64,000 nucleotides of DNA from Sedimentisphaerales bacterium (lineage in GTDB: Bacteria; Planctomycetota; Phycisphaerae; Sedimentisphaerales; Anaerobacaceae), in NCBI GenBank assembly GCA_963708075.1, contig OY970194.1:64001-128000 (forward strand), in the 5' to 3' direction. Both the position numbers and the translations under genes were made by a program. Shown here piece after piece: positions 41,401 through 52,281 of the stretch. The notes under the pieces are model-generated. The model saw only the letters and a list, made by a program, of their open reading frames with translations. It had not been told where the DNA came from and made no database searches. Each line of letters opens with the position of its first letter. The stretch's first letter is position 1.

Positions 41401-41501
41401 AGGTGCTTGTCCTTCGATGCGTCCTGCCCAATGGCCCCGGAACCGATCCACAGAAGCGGGGCGCACACGAGCATCGTTTGGATCATTCCTTGTTTTCTCA
41501 T
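38442..41501 (-). CDS. GH116 glycoside hydrolase with inserted CBM38-like module
   Basis: GMPIGGIATG, FSPFIPLN, WEGVGCCEGTCTHVWNY, QHNTYD, EVWTGIEY, NEIECGDHYARAMAS. Confidence 0.85.
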   Translation of the reverse strand: MRKQGMIQTMLVCAPLLWIGSGAIGQDASKDKHLVPADKNLSQEFTRSLFERGERAVYTGEELETIGMPIGGIATGQLYLRGDGTLGLWQIFNRHIFSGYGRDNYRTYRPDSPVDSGFAVVIESDGKTIVRPLNKDFGAVEFAGEYPVGLVRYRADGFPIVAQMEAFSPFIPLNARDSALPATIFHITLKNTSDKAQRVNVLSWLENAVCFNSAKSVHGQRQSQIKIGKGRTLIVHTAKETPKEQVEKPRPKITLADFEGDSYGDWQATGEAFGKGPAHGTLPSQQNVNGFLGKGLVNTFLGGDGPQGTLTSPAFEVSRKYINFLIGGGSHAGETCINLLVDGKVVRTAAGKDNEKLEWFFWNVEDLQGKTARIEIVDRNSGGWGHINIDQIELSDEPQQGDLGPFDKLPDYGSLVLAMAEDFSDSSIVWKDSPRTADQAKGWNTKQDVSYPITERATTSMSAKAAELAPGATRTVTFVLAWFFPNHPQGGHEYAARFKSAADVAHYVLDNHDRLAGDTKKWCQTFYEDSTLPRWLLFRLHSTVSTMATGTCQWWQSGRFWAWEGVGCCEGTCTHVWNYAHAPARLFPELERSAREMQDFGAGFDENSGLVGFRSNRVYAADGQCGTILKAYREHLCSPDDSFLKRNWPWIKKALEFSIKQDGNDDGLIENSQHNTYDINFEGPNTFVGSLYLAAVRAGEEMAKQMGDDEFAQRCRKIFESGSRLSIERLWDGEYFIQIVDLVKHPKDQYGKGCLADQLFGQGWAHQLGLGYIYPPTNVKQALRSIWKYDWAPDVGPHNGAHPPERWFALPGEAGLFTCTWPKSEYLKEGVRYREEVWTGIEYQVAGHMVWENMLTEALAICRGVEDRYHPAKHNPFNEIECGDHYARAMASWGVYTALSGFEYHGPKGHIGFAPRITPDNFRAAFTGAEGWGSFAQTRTQDSQREQIGVRWGRLNLKTLAFAIPEGWKAVNVAARIGDRSVKSQHIVQNGRVQIELADPVRVSEGQDMEIAIGRQQER

Positions 41502-41546
41502 CGTCGATTCCCCTTCATCAGGTTTCCATGAGATGGATTATTGCGG

Positions 41547-44500
41547 TCACAAATCCGTGTCTTTTGCGATGCCCAGCTCGATGGCGAGCAGGGTCGGCTC
41601 GACGATATGCAAGTTGTTCAGCAGTGGCTCGGTATACCTGATATCGCCGTACTCGGCCTCATTGAAATGGTGCTGTTTGCCGACGTGGTTGTTCCAGTCC
41701 ACGCCTTCCGTCAAGAAACCGGTGTCTCGTTGATGATGTTTGGCGATGGCTCGCAGGATGGTCAGCCCATCATTCGTGTACTGCTTGTTGCCCGTGTCTT
41801 GCCAAGCCTCGAAGTAGGCCAGCGCCGCCTCGGCGTTCTCCCACATGTAGGACGTGTCCCAGCTCTTCTCCATGTAGAGCAGTCCCTTCGTTTGCACGCC
41901 GTTGCGGTCGTCCGACATTTTGAACTGGTCAAGGCCCGCGAGACATTTGTCGAACGCAAACGCCCGGATACTCTCATCGTTCAGCAGCTTGGCCACTTGT
42001 CGCAACGTGCGAAACGCCACGGAATACGCGACGTTCTCGTGCTCATCATAGGTGTCATGATTGATGCTGCCGAAGAACCCGCCGTGGTCCGTGAAGACTC
42101 GCACCTTCTGTCGAACCGCCTCTTTGTAGTCGGCAAGTCCGCGCAGTGTGAGAGCCGCGTTGAGCTGGACGATGAACAACCCGTCGGCACTTTTCTCAAA
42201 GAGGATGTCACCATCGCCGTAAGCGTTTTGTGGGAAATGCTCGCCGGTGGGCTTGCAGCGTCTCGGGTACCAGCCGTTCGGTGTTGGCTTGATGTTCCTG
42301 TGAATCCAGTCGGCCGTCTTGATGGCGACCTGCTGTACCACGCTCTTTCGCGGTTCGTCGAGGACGTCACTGAACAGCAGGAGCTGGTAGGCCACCTTGG
42401 CCATGGAGCCGGGACAGAACCAGTTGCTCTTGTGCTGGTAATTCAGGCAGAACTGGTTGGTGGTCGTCTCCCGATAGCCCGTTATGAACCCTGTCTCGTA
42501 GTCGATGAAACCATCCTTCAGTACATGGTCGAGTAGCGACAGGGCCTTGCGCTCCAGACCAGAGTCCTTGTTGTGCCGGGCGAACTGGAACAGCTCGTAC
42601 GCGCCGCCGACGGCATTGGCCGCCCAGCCGGGGCCTTCGAGGTTGCCAAACTCGTGCCAACCCATAATGTTGCCGTCTTTATCGACGAAGCTGGATTTGG
42701 AGCACAGATGGCCGTTGTACTCGGTCATCGTGCGCTCCATCGTGAAGCGGACCGAGTCCCTTATCGAGTCGGCGATCCCGTAGCCAGGATCGCTGGGGAG
42801 AAAAAACCGGAAACCGCCGCCTCCTCCAGCTTGATGTAGTCGAGCCCGAACATGTAGTTCTTGACGGCCTTGGGATTGGCGCCGACGATCTCGACGCGCA
42901 GCACATGCTGGCCCTTGGTCAGTTCGTGCATACCCATGTCGAGGACCCCGGTGGGGACCACGCCGTTGTTATAGAGGTCGATGGGCCCGCCGAGCTTCTT
43001 GCCATCAAGCGAAAGCTGCACAATGCCGTAATCGACCGCCTTGGTGAGCTGCATCTTGAGCCGATACGTGCCGGCCTTTTCCACCGGGACAGCCAGATCG
43101 AGCGTGTCGCCCGGCTTGGTCTCGATCCACCACAGATGCGACTCGCTGCTCCAGCCGTCGCCGAAGAGCGACAGATCCTGTGGCGAGGGATTGCCGCCGG
43201 TCTTGGCCAGAATCTTCATGTCCTCGCCTTCAATCGCGCCCTTGACTTTGGTCACTTGGATGGGACCCCAATAGCCCGTCCGCTGATCGAGCGGGACGGC
43301 TGTGTAGGGATCACTCTGCCCGGCGGCCTGGTACCAGTACACTGTGGCCGCGTACAGGGTCGGTCGGGCGTTGGCGTAGTACTTCTCGATCGCACCTTCG
43401 AACGATTTCTGGAAGGGGATGTTATCGGTGATGTGCCACCGGTTGACGCTGATGTGGCCGCGATTGTTCATGCTGATCGTCTGGTTGTGATAGGCGTTCT
43501 GGAACAGCGTGGGGTTGCACCAGGCATAGCCGAAGTAGTCCTCCGAGCCGGTGCCGATGGTGGACGGGAATTTCTCGCCATCGACGAAGAACTTCTCGTC
43601 GCCCTCGCCCCACCAACTGCCTCGCGGGTTCCACACGTGGAGCATTACGCCGCAGAAACGCCCCCGGCCCTGCGTCTTGAGCATTGTCCAGTCGATCTTC
43701 GCCCGCTCCGCATCCTGGGGCAGGTAGGCGTCCCGGTGCCATTTCGCATGGAACCGCCCGAGCTGCTCAATGGGTCGCCGCAAGGGCGCGTGTATCGCCC
43801 TCAGGTCCAGTGTTCGCGCCTTGGTACCCTCGTTGATGAACTCGAACTTCGCCGAAGTGGCAAAGGGCATGTACCAGTTGCAGTAGTAGCCTTCCTCGGT
43901 CATCCCCAGCGGGAACGAGCGGTAGAGGTTCGCGCCGGGGGCGGTGCCGAAGAAGTCGCCGAGCGGCGACCATACGGCGGGTTTGTCCTCGTCGTCCCAC
44001 GTGACCTGCAGCACGATGTCGCGCAGGGCTTGAATCTCGTCCTCACGATTGTCGAACTTGCCGTTCACGGCGAACCCTGTGATGGCTCGCGGGCCATCCA
44101 GTGTCGCTTCAAACCGGTCTCCCGGCTCAATCGTCACGGTCGTTTCCGCATTTTCTGCATCTGCCGGCACTCCGGCCGGGGCGGGGCCGCCCTTGGTCAG
44201 GACTTTGTTGGCTTCGTCGAGGGCCGCATTCTCTTCGGTGGACAGTTGCCGCTTGAATGTCGGCACCTGCGTGCCTTTGGGGTACGTGGTGTAGACGAAC
44301 TGGAAATAGGCGCCCCAGTTCTTGTCGGCCGTGATCTTGCACGACTTCTGGTAGGGGATGGGCGTGTAGTTGTTCCAGCCCATGGCGACGGTGTGGACAA
44401 GGGCCGAACGCGTGAAGGGCTCATTCTTGCCGTCGAAATACCCCTTGAACGGCAGATCGATCGTCGGCTCCTTGGCGCCGTCGAGGTAGATGCGCACGTG

Positions 44501-44872
44501 GCCCTGCTCGGGCTTGGCCGACCAGATTCGCCAGATGCATCCCGGCCCTTCCATCTCGGCGAATACGAACTGGTCGCCCTCCTTGCGAATGAAACCGTCG
44601 CCGTCGCCGTTGGCGTCCCAGCCGATGTACTTGCCGGAGGCTTTGTCGTACCGGCTGTCGCGATCATAGCTGGACCACTGGCTGCACGTCTCACCCGGTG
44701 CAGGCAGGGTCGCCAGTTGCTCCAGGTCCGCCAGCCGGTGGACCAGATCGACGTAGGTCAGCTTGTCCGGGGCGGCGTTCCCCGCATTCGCGAAGAACGT
44801 GGGCAGGGCAAGGCAGCAGGCGACAAGAACATGGATCGACAATCCGGCGGGAACTCGTGCAACGTCCTTCAT
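41547..44872 (-). CDS. DUF2961 (GH172-like) protein probably fused to a C-terminal alpha/alpha-barrel-like domain (frameshift in T6 run near 42805)
   Basis: WWGEGDEKFFVDGEKFPSTIGTGSEDYF; adding one T at the T6 run joins ORF 42761..44914 to ORF 41547..42740 in frame. Confidence 0.7.
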
Positions 44873-45172
44873 TTTCGGCCTCCTTTTGGAAAACGACACG
44901 CAACAAGACATCAACGACAGGTCGATGTGTCACTTATCCCTTGTCACTCATCGCTTGTCAACTGCAAACCCTGGGTGGACGTTTCTCGGGAGTACAGCGC
45001 CGATGCTGTCGCCGCGGCAATTCTTCGAAATCATAACTTTGATGGCCGGGCTATTGAGATCGTAGGGAGGGCAGTAGTATCATGGTACTCATCGTAAGTA
45101 GAAGCATCGTGTATGAAGCCAGGTAAGGGACTGCTGTTGAACCGGGGCCTATTCGCTGAGGGGAGCATTGGC

Positions 45173-46942
45173 ATGAGAGAATCGATTCTGCTGTTTGCGG
45201 CGTTGATCGGTGTTGCCTTCGGGGCTGAAGGCATTTGGGCGAGCGAGATCCATGTCTCCAAGGCAGGAAGCGATTCCGCGTCCGGCAGCTCCGCTCAGCC
45301 GTTTCTGACCATCAGCAAGGCTGCGTCCGTGGCGCAGCCTGGGGATACCATCATTGTGCATGCCGGGACATATCGCGAGTGGGTCAAGCCCGCTCGCGGC
45401 GGCACCGAGGACAGTAGACGCATTACTTACCGGGCTGCACCCGGCGAGGAAGTCCTCGTCAAAGGCTCCGAGCGCATCACCTCCTGGACAGCCGAAGCCG
45501 ATGGCGTCTGGAGAGTGGAACTGCCGAACTCATTCTTCGGGGACTACAACCCCTACTCGCTGCAGGTCTCCGGGGGCTGGCTCAACTACGGCCAGTGGCA
45601 TCATCGCGGGGACGTCTATCTCAATGGCGAGGCCTTCTACGAAAAGCAGACCGCACAGGAACTGGCGGGGGCCGAGCGCACCTGGTTTTGCCAGGTGGAC
45701 GGGGACGTGACGACGATCCGGGCGAACTTCGGCAAGGCCAATCCCAATACGGAGCTGGCCGAGATCAATGTCCGCGAGAGCATCTTCATGCCGGAGATCA
45801 CCGGCATGAGGTACATCACCATCGACGGCTTTCATTTCATGCACGCGGCCGCCAACTGGGCGCCGCCGGTTCTGGAACTACAGACGGGTGCTGTCGGCCC
45901 GCGGATGGGAAAGCACTGGATCATCGAGAATTGCACGGTCACCAACGCCCGCTGCGTGGGCATTATTCTCGGCCAGGCGCCGGGGGTAGACTACAGCGAC
46001 ATCGATGCCTACGGCGACCACATCGTCCGCAACAATGTGATTCGACGGTGCGGGCAGGCGGGCATCGCCGGCCAGAAAGGGGCCACTCGCTCGCTGATCT
46101 GCGGCAATCTCATCGAAGACACCAACTATCGCAAGGAGTTCGGCGGCTGGGAGACCGCCGCCATCAAGTTCCACAACAGCGTGGACACGGTCATCAGCGG
46201 CAATCTGATCCGAGGGGTCTACCGGCAGGAGCAGGGGGCCTTCGGGATTTGGATGGACTTCGGCAATCAGGGCACCCGGATCACCCGCAACATCATCTAC
46301 AACACGGACGCGGCCACGATTTTCCTGGAGATGGATCACGGTCCCACTCTCGTCGATAACAATGTCCTCGTCGGACCGTCCGTCCGGAGCAATTCCGAGG
46401 CCACGGTGTTCGCGCACAATCTGTTCGTCGATTGCGGGTACGACTACAGCCCCGACACCGGACGGCGTTCCGAGTACTACTCGCCACATACGACGAAGGT
46501 AGTCGGACGCAAGATCCGGCACGGCCCAGGATGACGCTGGTTCAACAATCTCTTCATCCGGCAGGGACTGGATCAGGTCAAGACCGCCCCGGGCTACGCG
46601 TCCGATTACAACGTCTTTCTGGAAGGCGCCAAGAAGAGCTCCTTCGGCGACGAGAAGAGCATCGTTGATCCTTATGTCACTGGATTTGCCATCAAGGATG
46701 ATCCGCGGGGCGCTGCTATCACGTTCTCCATGAATGACGCGCCGTTCGGTGTGCAAGGGCCGCAGGTCAATGCTGAGTTGGTCGGTGTCTTCGCGACTGT
46801 CGGTCAGACGATTGAGGACCGTTATGGCCACGCCATCAAGGTCGATGCCGACATCAACGGCAAGCCGTACACCCGGCCAATCGCCGGCCCGCTCACGGAC
46901 CTCCGGAAAGGGTCCAACACGATCGTCTGGTCAGGCAAATAG
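45173..46942 (+). CDS. Right-handed beta-helix protein, GH120 beta-xylosidase-like (frameshift near 46520)
   Basis: PFLTISKAASVAQPGDTIIVHAGTYREWV, AANWAPP, GWETAAIKFH, GIWMD. Confidence 0.75.
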
Positions 46943-46966
46943 TAACCTGATGAAGGAATATGTGGG

Positions 46967-49897
46967 ATGATTCACTCCGGTGTCAGATTTCAGCTCCTGC
47001 TCGTATTTCTTGTTGTGTTTGGTTTCTGCGGTGCCGTACGTGTTGCCGCCGACAGCCGCCTGGAGCGAGGCTTTTCGGATCCGCCGAACGAAGCCCGGCT
47101 GCGGGCGTACTGGTGGTGGCTCAACGGCGATGTCACCAAGGATGCGATTACGCGCGACCTGGAGGAGATGAAGGCGAAGGGTTTCGGCGGTGCGTTGATC
47201 TGCGATGCCGATGGTTCGAGCCAGGATGGCAATCAGCGTGCGCCACACGGCCCGACCTTCCTGTCAGAGCCGTGGCGCGAGCTATTCAAACACACGCTTC
47301 GCGAGGCGAACCGCCTCGGCCTGGAAATGAGCCTCAACATCCAGAGCGGCTGGAATGTCGGCGGGCCCATGGTCAAGCCCGAGGACGCTCCAAAGAAGTT
47401 GGTCTGGACCGAGACCCGCCTCACCGGCCCCAACGCCGTCGAGGTGCAACTGCCCACGCCCAAGGGGCGCGATGGCTTCTACCGTGATCTGTACGTGCTT
47501 GGCTTCCGGGTGAAGCCGGAGGGTGCCATACGCCGTCCGTTGCAGAACTGGCAGCAGAAGGCCCTGCTCAAGCCGCTTGTGCCTTTCTCGGCGCCGGACA
47601 GCCGGCCGTTGTTCGAGGAGTCTCCGGCTGAGCCGGGGGAGGAAGACACGCACGCCGGCGACGTCCTGGACGTGACGGCCAAATGTGGTTCGGACGGGGC
47701 ACTGCGTTGGGACGTGCCGGAGGGGACCTGGGACATCCTGCGTTTCGGCTACACACTCAATGACCACTGCCGCGTCTCGACGTGCAGCGAGGGCTGGGAT
47801 GGATACGCCCTGGACCCGTTTGACGCACAAGCTTTCCGGAATTACTGGGACGCGGTCGTCGAGCCGCTGATTGCCGACGCCGGGCCTTTCGCCGGCAAGA
47901 CGCTCAAGTACTTGCACACGGATAGCTGGGAGGTGGAGGTGGCCAACTGGACCGGCACGCTTCGCGAGGAGTTCCGCAGTCGCCGCGGTTACGACCTGCT
48001 GCCATATCTGCCTGTTATCGCCGGCCGGATCGTGGACAGCCGCCAGGTGAGCAACCGCTTCCTCAATGATTTTCGCCGGACGATGGGCGATCTGGCGATT
48101 GCCAATCACTATCAGCTCTTCCGCGATGGCGCGCACCGGCACGGGATGCAGATTCACCCGGAATCCGGTGGGCCTCACGCCGTGCCGATTGACGCCCAGC
48201 AGTGCCTTGGTTTCAACGATGCCCCGATGAGCGAATTCTGGGCGTGGTCCTGGCGGCATCGCGTGGGCGACACCAACCGCTTCTTTGTCAAGCAGCCCGC
48301 CTCCGCCGCCCACGCCTACGGCCGCAAGCTCGTTCTGGCGGAAGGCTTCACGACCATCGGCCCGCACTGGCAGGAGACGATCTGGGACAACCTCAAGCCG
48401 TCATTCGATCATGCGCTGTGCGAGGGGTTGAATCTGCTCGTGTGGCACGCGTTTGTCTGCTCGCCGCAGGAGGCGGGGATGCCGGGCATTCAGTATTTCG
48501 CCGGCACTCACATGAACCCGAACTCCACGTGGTGGAGCCGTTCGGGCCCGTTCTTCGATTACATCAATCGCTGCCAGTGGATGCTGCAGCAGGGGCTGTT
48601 CGTGGCGGACGCCGCTTATTACTACGGCGACCACGTGCCCAATTTCACGCAATTGAAGCGCACCGACCCTGCGAAGGTCCTGTCCGGCTATGACTATGAC
48701 GTCGTCACCGAGGAAGTCATTCTCACGCGCATGGCGGTCAAGGACGGTCGCATCGTGTTGCCCGATGGGATGAGTTACCGCGTGCTGGTGCTGCCGGATC
48801 GGACGATGATCTCGCTGCCGGTGCTGCGGAAACTCAGGGAACTCGTCCTGGCCGGAGCGACCATCATCGGACCCAAGCCGGTAGAAGCCAGCACACTACG
48901 GGATTATCCGCAGTGTGATGCTGAGGTGGCTAAGCTCGCAGGGGGACTATGGACCGGTGGCGAGGGACGAGTGATCCAGGGAAAGACGGCCCGCGAGGTG
49001 CTGTTGGCGGATGGGGTGCCGCCCGATTTTGAGTTTACGCTTGGGCCGGCGTCAACGCTGCCGGTGCCTGCCGGCACGGAGAAACAAGCCCAGTCGATTC
49101 TCTTGGAAGGTGTCCCCACGCTCAACTATCTCCATCGCCGTGCCGGCGATGCGGATATTTACTTCGTCTGCAACAGTTCGAATCGTTACGTCACGGCGTC
49201 CTGCGTCTTTCGCGTGGCCGGCAAGCTGCCCGAAATCTGGGACCCGGTGAGCGGCGGCATCCGTAAAGCGACTGCATGGTCGCAGACGGCCGGCCGGACA
49301 ACGGTGCCGCTGGAATTCACGCCCTATGCCTCGATGTTCGTGGTATTCCAACAGCCGGTCTCTACCGGTGCAGCGGGCAAGGCGACAGGGAATTTCGCGG
49401 CGCTCACGCCGGTGCACCAGCTTGATGGCCCGTGGACGGTGCAGTTCGATCCAAAGTGGGGCGGTCCGGCATCGGCCGAATTCGAGTCGCTGATCAGTTG
49501 GACGCAGTGTCCGGAAGACGGCATCAAGTTCTATTCAGGCACGGCCACGTATCGCAAGACCTTTGATCTGCCGAAGTCTGCACGCGAGGAGGGCGACCGG
49601 TTGTGGCTCGATCTCGGCAACATCAAGGAGTTGGCCGAAGTCCGTCTGAACGGCAAGAGCCTCGGTGTGCTCTGGGCGTTTCCGTTCCGCGTGGATGTGA
49701 CCGATGCCCTGAAGTCCGGGGACAACAAGCTGGAGGTGGATGTGGTCAACTTCTGGCCCAACCGCATCATCGGGGATGAATTCCTCCCGCCACAGGAACG
49801 TTTCACAAAGACGAATATTCGCAAGCTGACCCGCGAGACGCCGCTGATGGAGTCGGGCCTGCTCGGACCCGTCACGCTTTGCACGGCGCGCAACTGA
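46967..49897 (+). CDS. GH106 alpha-L-rhamnosidase-like glycoside hydrolase
   Basis: YWWWLNGDVTKDAITRDLEEMKAKGFGG, HTDSWE, PMSEFW, AEGFT, SGLLGPV. Confidence 0.85.
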   Translation: MIHSGVRFQLLLVFLVVFGFCGAVRVAADSRLERGFSDPPNEARLRAYWWWLNGDVTKDAITRDLEEMKAKGFGGALICDADGSSQDGNQRAPHGPTFLSEPWRELFKHTLREANRLGLEMSLNIQSGWNVGGPMVKPEDAPKKLVWTETRLTGPNAVEVQLPTPKGRDGFYRDLYVLGFRVKPEGAIRRPLQNWQQKALLKPLVPFSAPDSRPLFEESPAEPGEEDTHAGDVLDVTAKCGSDGALRWDVPEGTWDILRFGYTLNDHCRVSTCSEGWDGYALDPFDAQAFRNYWDAVVEPLIADAGPFAGKTLKYLHTDSWEVEVANWTGTLREEFRSRRGYDLLPYLPVIAGRIVDSRQVSNRFLNDFRRTMGDLAIANHYQLFRDGAHRHGMQIHPESGGPHAVPIDAQQCLGFNDAPMSEFWAWSWRHRVGDTNRFFVKQPASAAHAYGRKLVLAEGFTTIGPHWQETIWDNLKPSFDHALCEGLNLLVWHAFVCSPQEAGMPGIQYFAGTHMNPNSTWWSRSGPFFDYINRCQWMLQQGLFVADAAYYYGDHVPNFTQLKRTDPAKVLSGYDYDVVTEEVILTRMAVKDGRIVLPDGMSYRVLVLPDRTMISLPVLRKLRELVLAGATIIGPKPVEASTLRDYPQCDAEVAKLAGGLWTGGEGRVIQGKTAREVLLADGVPPDFEFTLGPASTLPVPAGTEKQAQSILLEGVPTLNYLHRRAGDADIYFVCNSSNRYVTASCVFRVAGKLPEIWDPVSGGIRKATAWSQTAGRTTVPLEFTPYASMFVVFQQPVSTGAAGKATGNFAALTPVHQLDGPWTVQFDPKWGGPASAEFESLISWTQCPEDGIKFYSGTATYRKTFDLPKSAREEGDRLWLDLGNIKELAEVRLNGKSLGVLWAFPFRVDVTDALKSGDNKLEVDVVNFWPNRIIGDEFLPPQERFTKTNIRKLTRETPLMESGLLGPVTLCTARN

Positions 49898-49903
49898 GAG
49901 GTG

Positions 49904-52168
49904 ATGGTGAAGAACATGACATCAGGGCTTTGGACGAAAATCGTAGTCATCGTAGCCGTGACGACCTCGGTCTTATCCGCTCAGACGAAAACACAGTGGC
50001 AGGAGTTGGACGGAACGCGGATTCCTGTCCCACCGTCGGAGCATCCCAGGCTCTACCTGCGTGCCGAGCACGTGGCGCAGTTGCCGCAACGGTTGAAGGA
50101 CCCTGTGCTCCAGCCGGTGGTTGAGCGGTTGCAGACGCAGGCGAAAAGATCGCCGCAGTCGGAGGTTGAGTGGGATGCATTGCAGTACCTGGTGACCCAC
50201 GATGCCAAGCTTGGCCGCGCCGTCATTGAGTCTACGCTGCCACTGCTTCAAAAATGCGTGCTGGCGGACAAGCAGGATGCCTGCCGAGAAACAGGCCGCA
50301 TGATGGTCACCGGCGCTATTGTATACGACTGGTGCTACAGTCTGCTGACGGCGGAGGAGAAGCAGGCGTTCATCAAGGAACTGGTCCGCTTGGCCGGGAC
50401 GCAGGAGTGCGGCTATCCGCTCACGGGCCAGGGCTCGGTCACGGGACACTCCTCCGAGGCGATGATCATGCGCGACATGCTGTCGGCCGGGATCGCGATC
50501 TATGACGAGTTTCCGGAGATGTATCGCCTGGCGGCCGGACGGTTCTTCCGCGAGCATCTGCCGGTGCGAAACTGGTTCTATGGCGGCCATGCCTATCACC
50601 AGGGCGACTCCTACGGCCCGCACCGCTATAGTTGGGACACGTATCCGCTGTGGATCTTCGACCGGCTGGGCGCGGGCAACGTGTACAATCCCGAGCAGCG
50701 TTTCGTGCCTTACCTGTGGATTTACGCCACACGACCCGATGGCCAGCGGCTGCGGGCCGGGGACACCTTCGCCCACAGCGCACCTCGCGGCCAGCCGTGG
50801 AGCCAGTATATCGGGACTGTCCTGACCGCCAGCTATTACAGCGACGGCATTCTGCTCGACCAATATCAGCGTCAGGGCGGCAGCGGCGGCAATGAGACGA
50901 TCTTCGAAGTGCTCTGGCGAGACACCTCGCTCCAACCGAAATCCATCCGCACGCTGCCGTTGTCACGATATTCTGGCTCACCCTTCGGCTGGATGATCGC
51001 CCGCACCGGCTGGGATGAGAACGCGGTTATTGCGGAGATGAAGATCAATGAGTACAACTTCGTGAATCACCAGCACCTGGATGCAGGCGCGTTTCAGATC
51101 TACTACAAAGGCGCACTGGCCGTCGATTCGGGCCTCTATCAAGGAGGATCATCCGGCGCTTACGGCAGTCCGCATTGCCTGAACTACTACTGGCGCACCA
51201 TCGCACACAACAGCTTGCTCGTTTACGATCCGAACGAGGACTTCGGCAGACGCGGATATGGTAATGACGGCGGCCAGCGCCTGCCCAACGGCCGGTCCGA
51301 GGCACGCAATCTCGATGTGCTGCTTGCACCACGGAACGGGTATCGCACTGGAAAGGTGCTCGCGTATGGCTTCGGTCCCGACCCGCAGATGCCGGACTTC
51401 ACATGGTTGCGAGGCGATCTCACCGAGGCATACGGCAAGAAGGTCCGGCAGGTGACACGCTCTTTCGTTTTCCTGAACCTGCGCAACTCGCATGTGCCGG
51501 CGGCGATGATTGTCTTTGATTACGTGATAAGTGCTGATCCAGCCTTTCGCAAGTATTGGCTCCTGCACACACTCGAAGAGCCTCGTGTGGAGTCCGCGTC
51601 GGCCGTGGTGGATTGTACCCAGCACGGCAGCAGCGGCCGCCTCATGCTGGACGTACTGTTGCCGCCATCGACAGACGCGGACCTGGCCAAAGTGGGCGGG
51701 CCGGGCAAGGAGTACTGGGTGTTCGGCCAGAACTATGCCAACGATGTCGATCTGCAGCGGCTGGAGCGAAGCTCCATAGAGACTGGCGCGTGGCGGATCG
51801 AGCTGTCCCCAAAGGCCGCTGCTGCCGAGGACCTGTTCCTCACGGTCATGCAGGTGACCGATCGCCAATCGCCGTCTCGCTGGCCGGTGCAACGCCTGGA
51901 TGCAGGTGAACGCGTGGGCTGCGTGATCGAAGGGCCCGAGACATCGTGGGTTGTTCTTATGCGCAAAGACAGCCAACGCTCCGCCTCGACGCTGAAGTTC
52001 ACTGTGCCGGGTGCTCGTCCCAGCCGTATGCTGGTGACCGACCTGGAGCCGGGCCGATGGCGTGCACAGCGCGAAGGTTCCATGGAGACCCGTGATCTCG
52101 TGGTCAGCGAGGAATCAGGGGTTGCATGGCTCGAGGGCTCGGCAGGGACCTGGACGCTTTCCCGGTGA
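49904..52168 (+). CDS. Heparinase II/III family lyase (HepB/PL21-like)
   Basis: HPRLYL, GHSSE, YHQGDSYG, NHQHLDAGAFQIYYKG, RTIAHN. Confidence 0.8.
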   Translation: MVKNMTSGLWTKIVVIVAVTTSVLSAQTKTQWQELDGTRIPVPPSEHPRLYLRAEHVAQLPQRLKDPVLQPVVERLQTQAKRSPQSEVEWDALQYLVTHDAKLGRAVIESTLPLLQKCVLADKQDACRETGRMMVTGAIVYDWCYSLLTAEEKQAFIKELVRLAGTQECGYPLTGQGSVTGHSSEAMIMRDMLSAGIAIYDEFPEMYRLAAGRFFREHLPVRNWFYGGHAYHQGDSYGPHRYSWDTYPLWIFDRLGAGNVYNPEQRFVPYLWIYATRPDGQRLRAGDTFAHSAPRGQPWSQYIGTVLTASYYSDGILLDQYQRQGGSGGNETIFEVLWRDTSLQPKSIRTLPLSRYSGSPFGWMIARTGWDENAVIAEMKINEYNFVNHQHLDAGAFQIYYKGALAVDSGLYQGGSSGAYGSPHCLNYYWRTIAHNSLLVYDPNEDFGRRGYGNDGGQRLPNGRSEARNLDVLLAPRNGYRTGKVLAYGFGPDPQMPDFTWLRGDLTEAYGKKVRQVTRSFVFLNLRNSHVPAAMIVFDYVISADPAFRKYWLLHTLEEPRVESASAVVDCTQHGSSGRLMLDVLLPPSTDADLAKVGGPGKEYWVFGQNYANDVDLQRLERSSIETGAWRIELSPKAAAAEDLFLTVMQVTDRQSPSRWPVQRLDAGERVGCVIEGPETSWVVLMRKDSQRSASTLKFTVPGARPSRMLVTDLEPGRWRAQREGSMETRDLVVSEESGVAWLEGSAGTWTLSR

Positions 52169-52281
52169 CCGGCAAGTGCTTCAAGCCCGTCGCCCTCCCA
52201 GTGCTCGGAAGGTATAATACCCGGCACGTTGTCGGGCTGGACAGTGCACGCGGGCGACCGCGATTGTGAAGGAGAAGAATC

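Noticed and set aside
42905..45097. 730-aa plus-strand ORF, and similar long antisense ORFs (34638..36269, 9780..11150, 58356..59468)
   Set aside because: Shadow frames opposite well-supported genes, expected from GC-rich codon bias; no motifs
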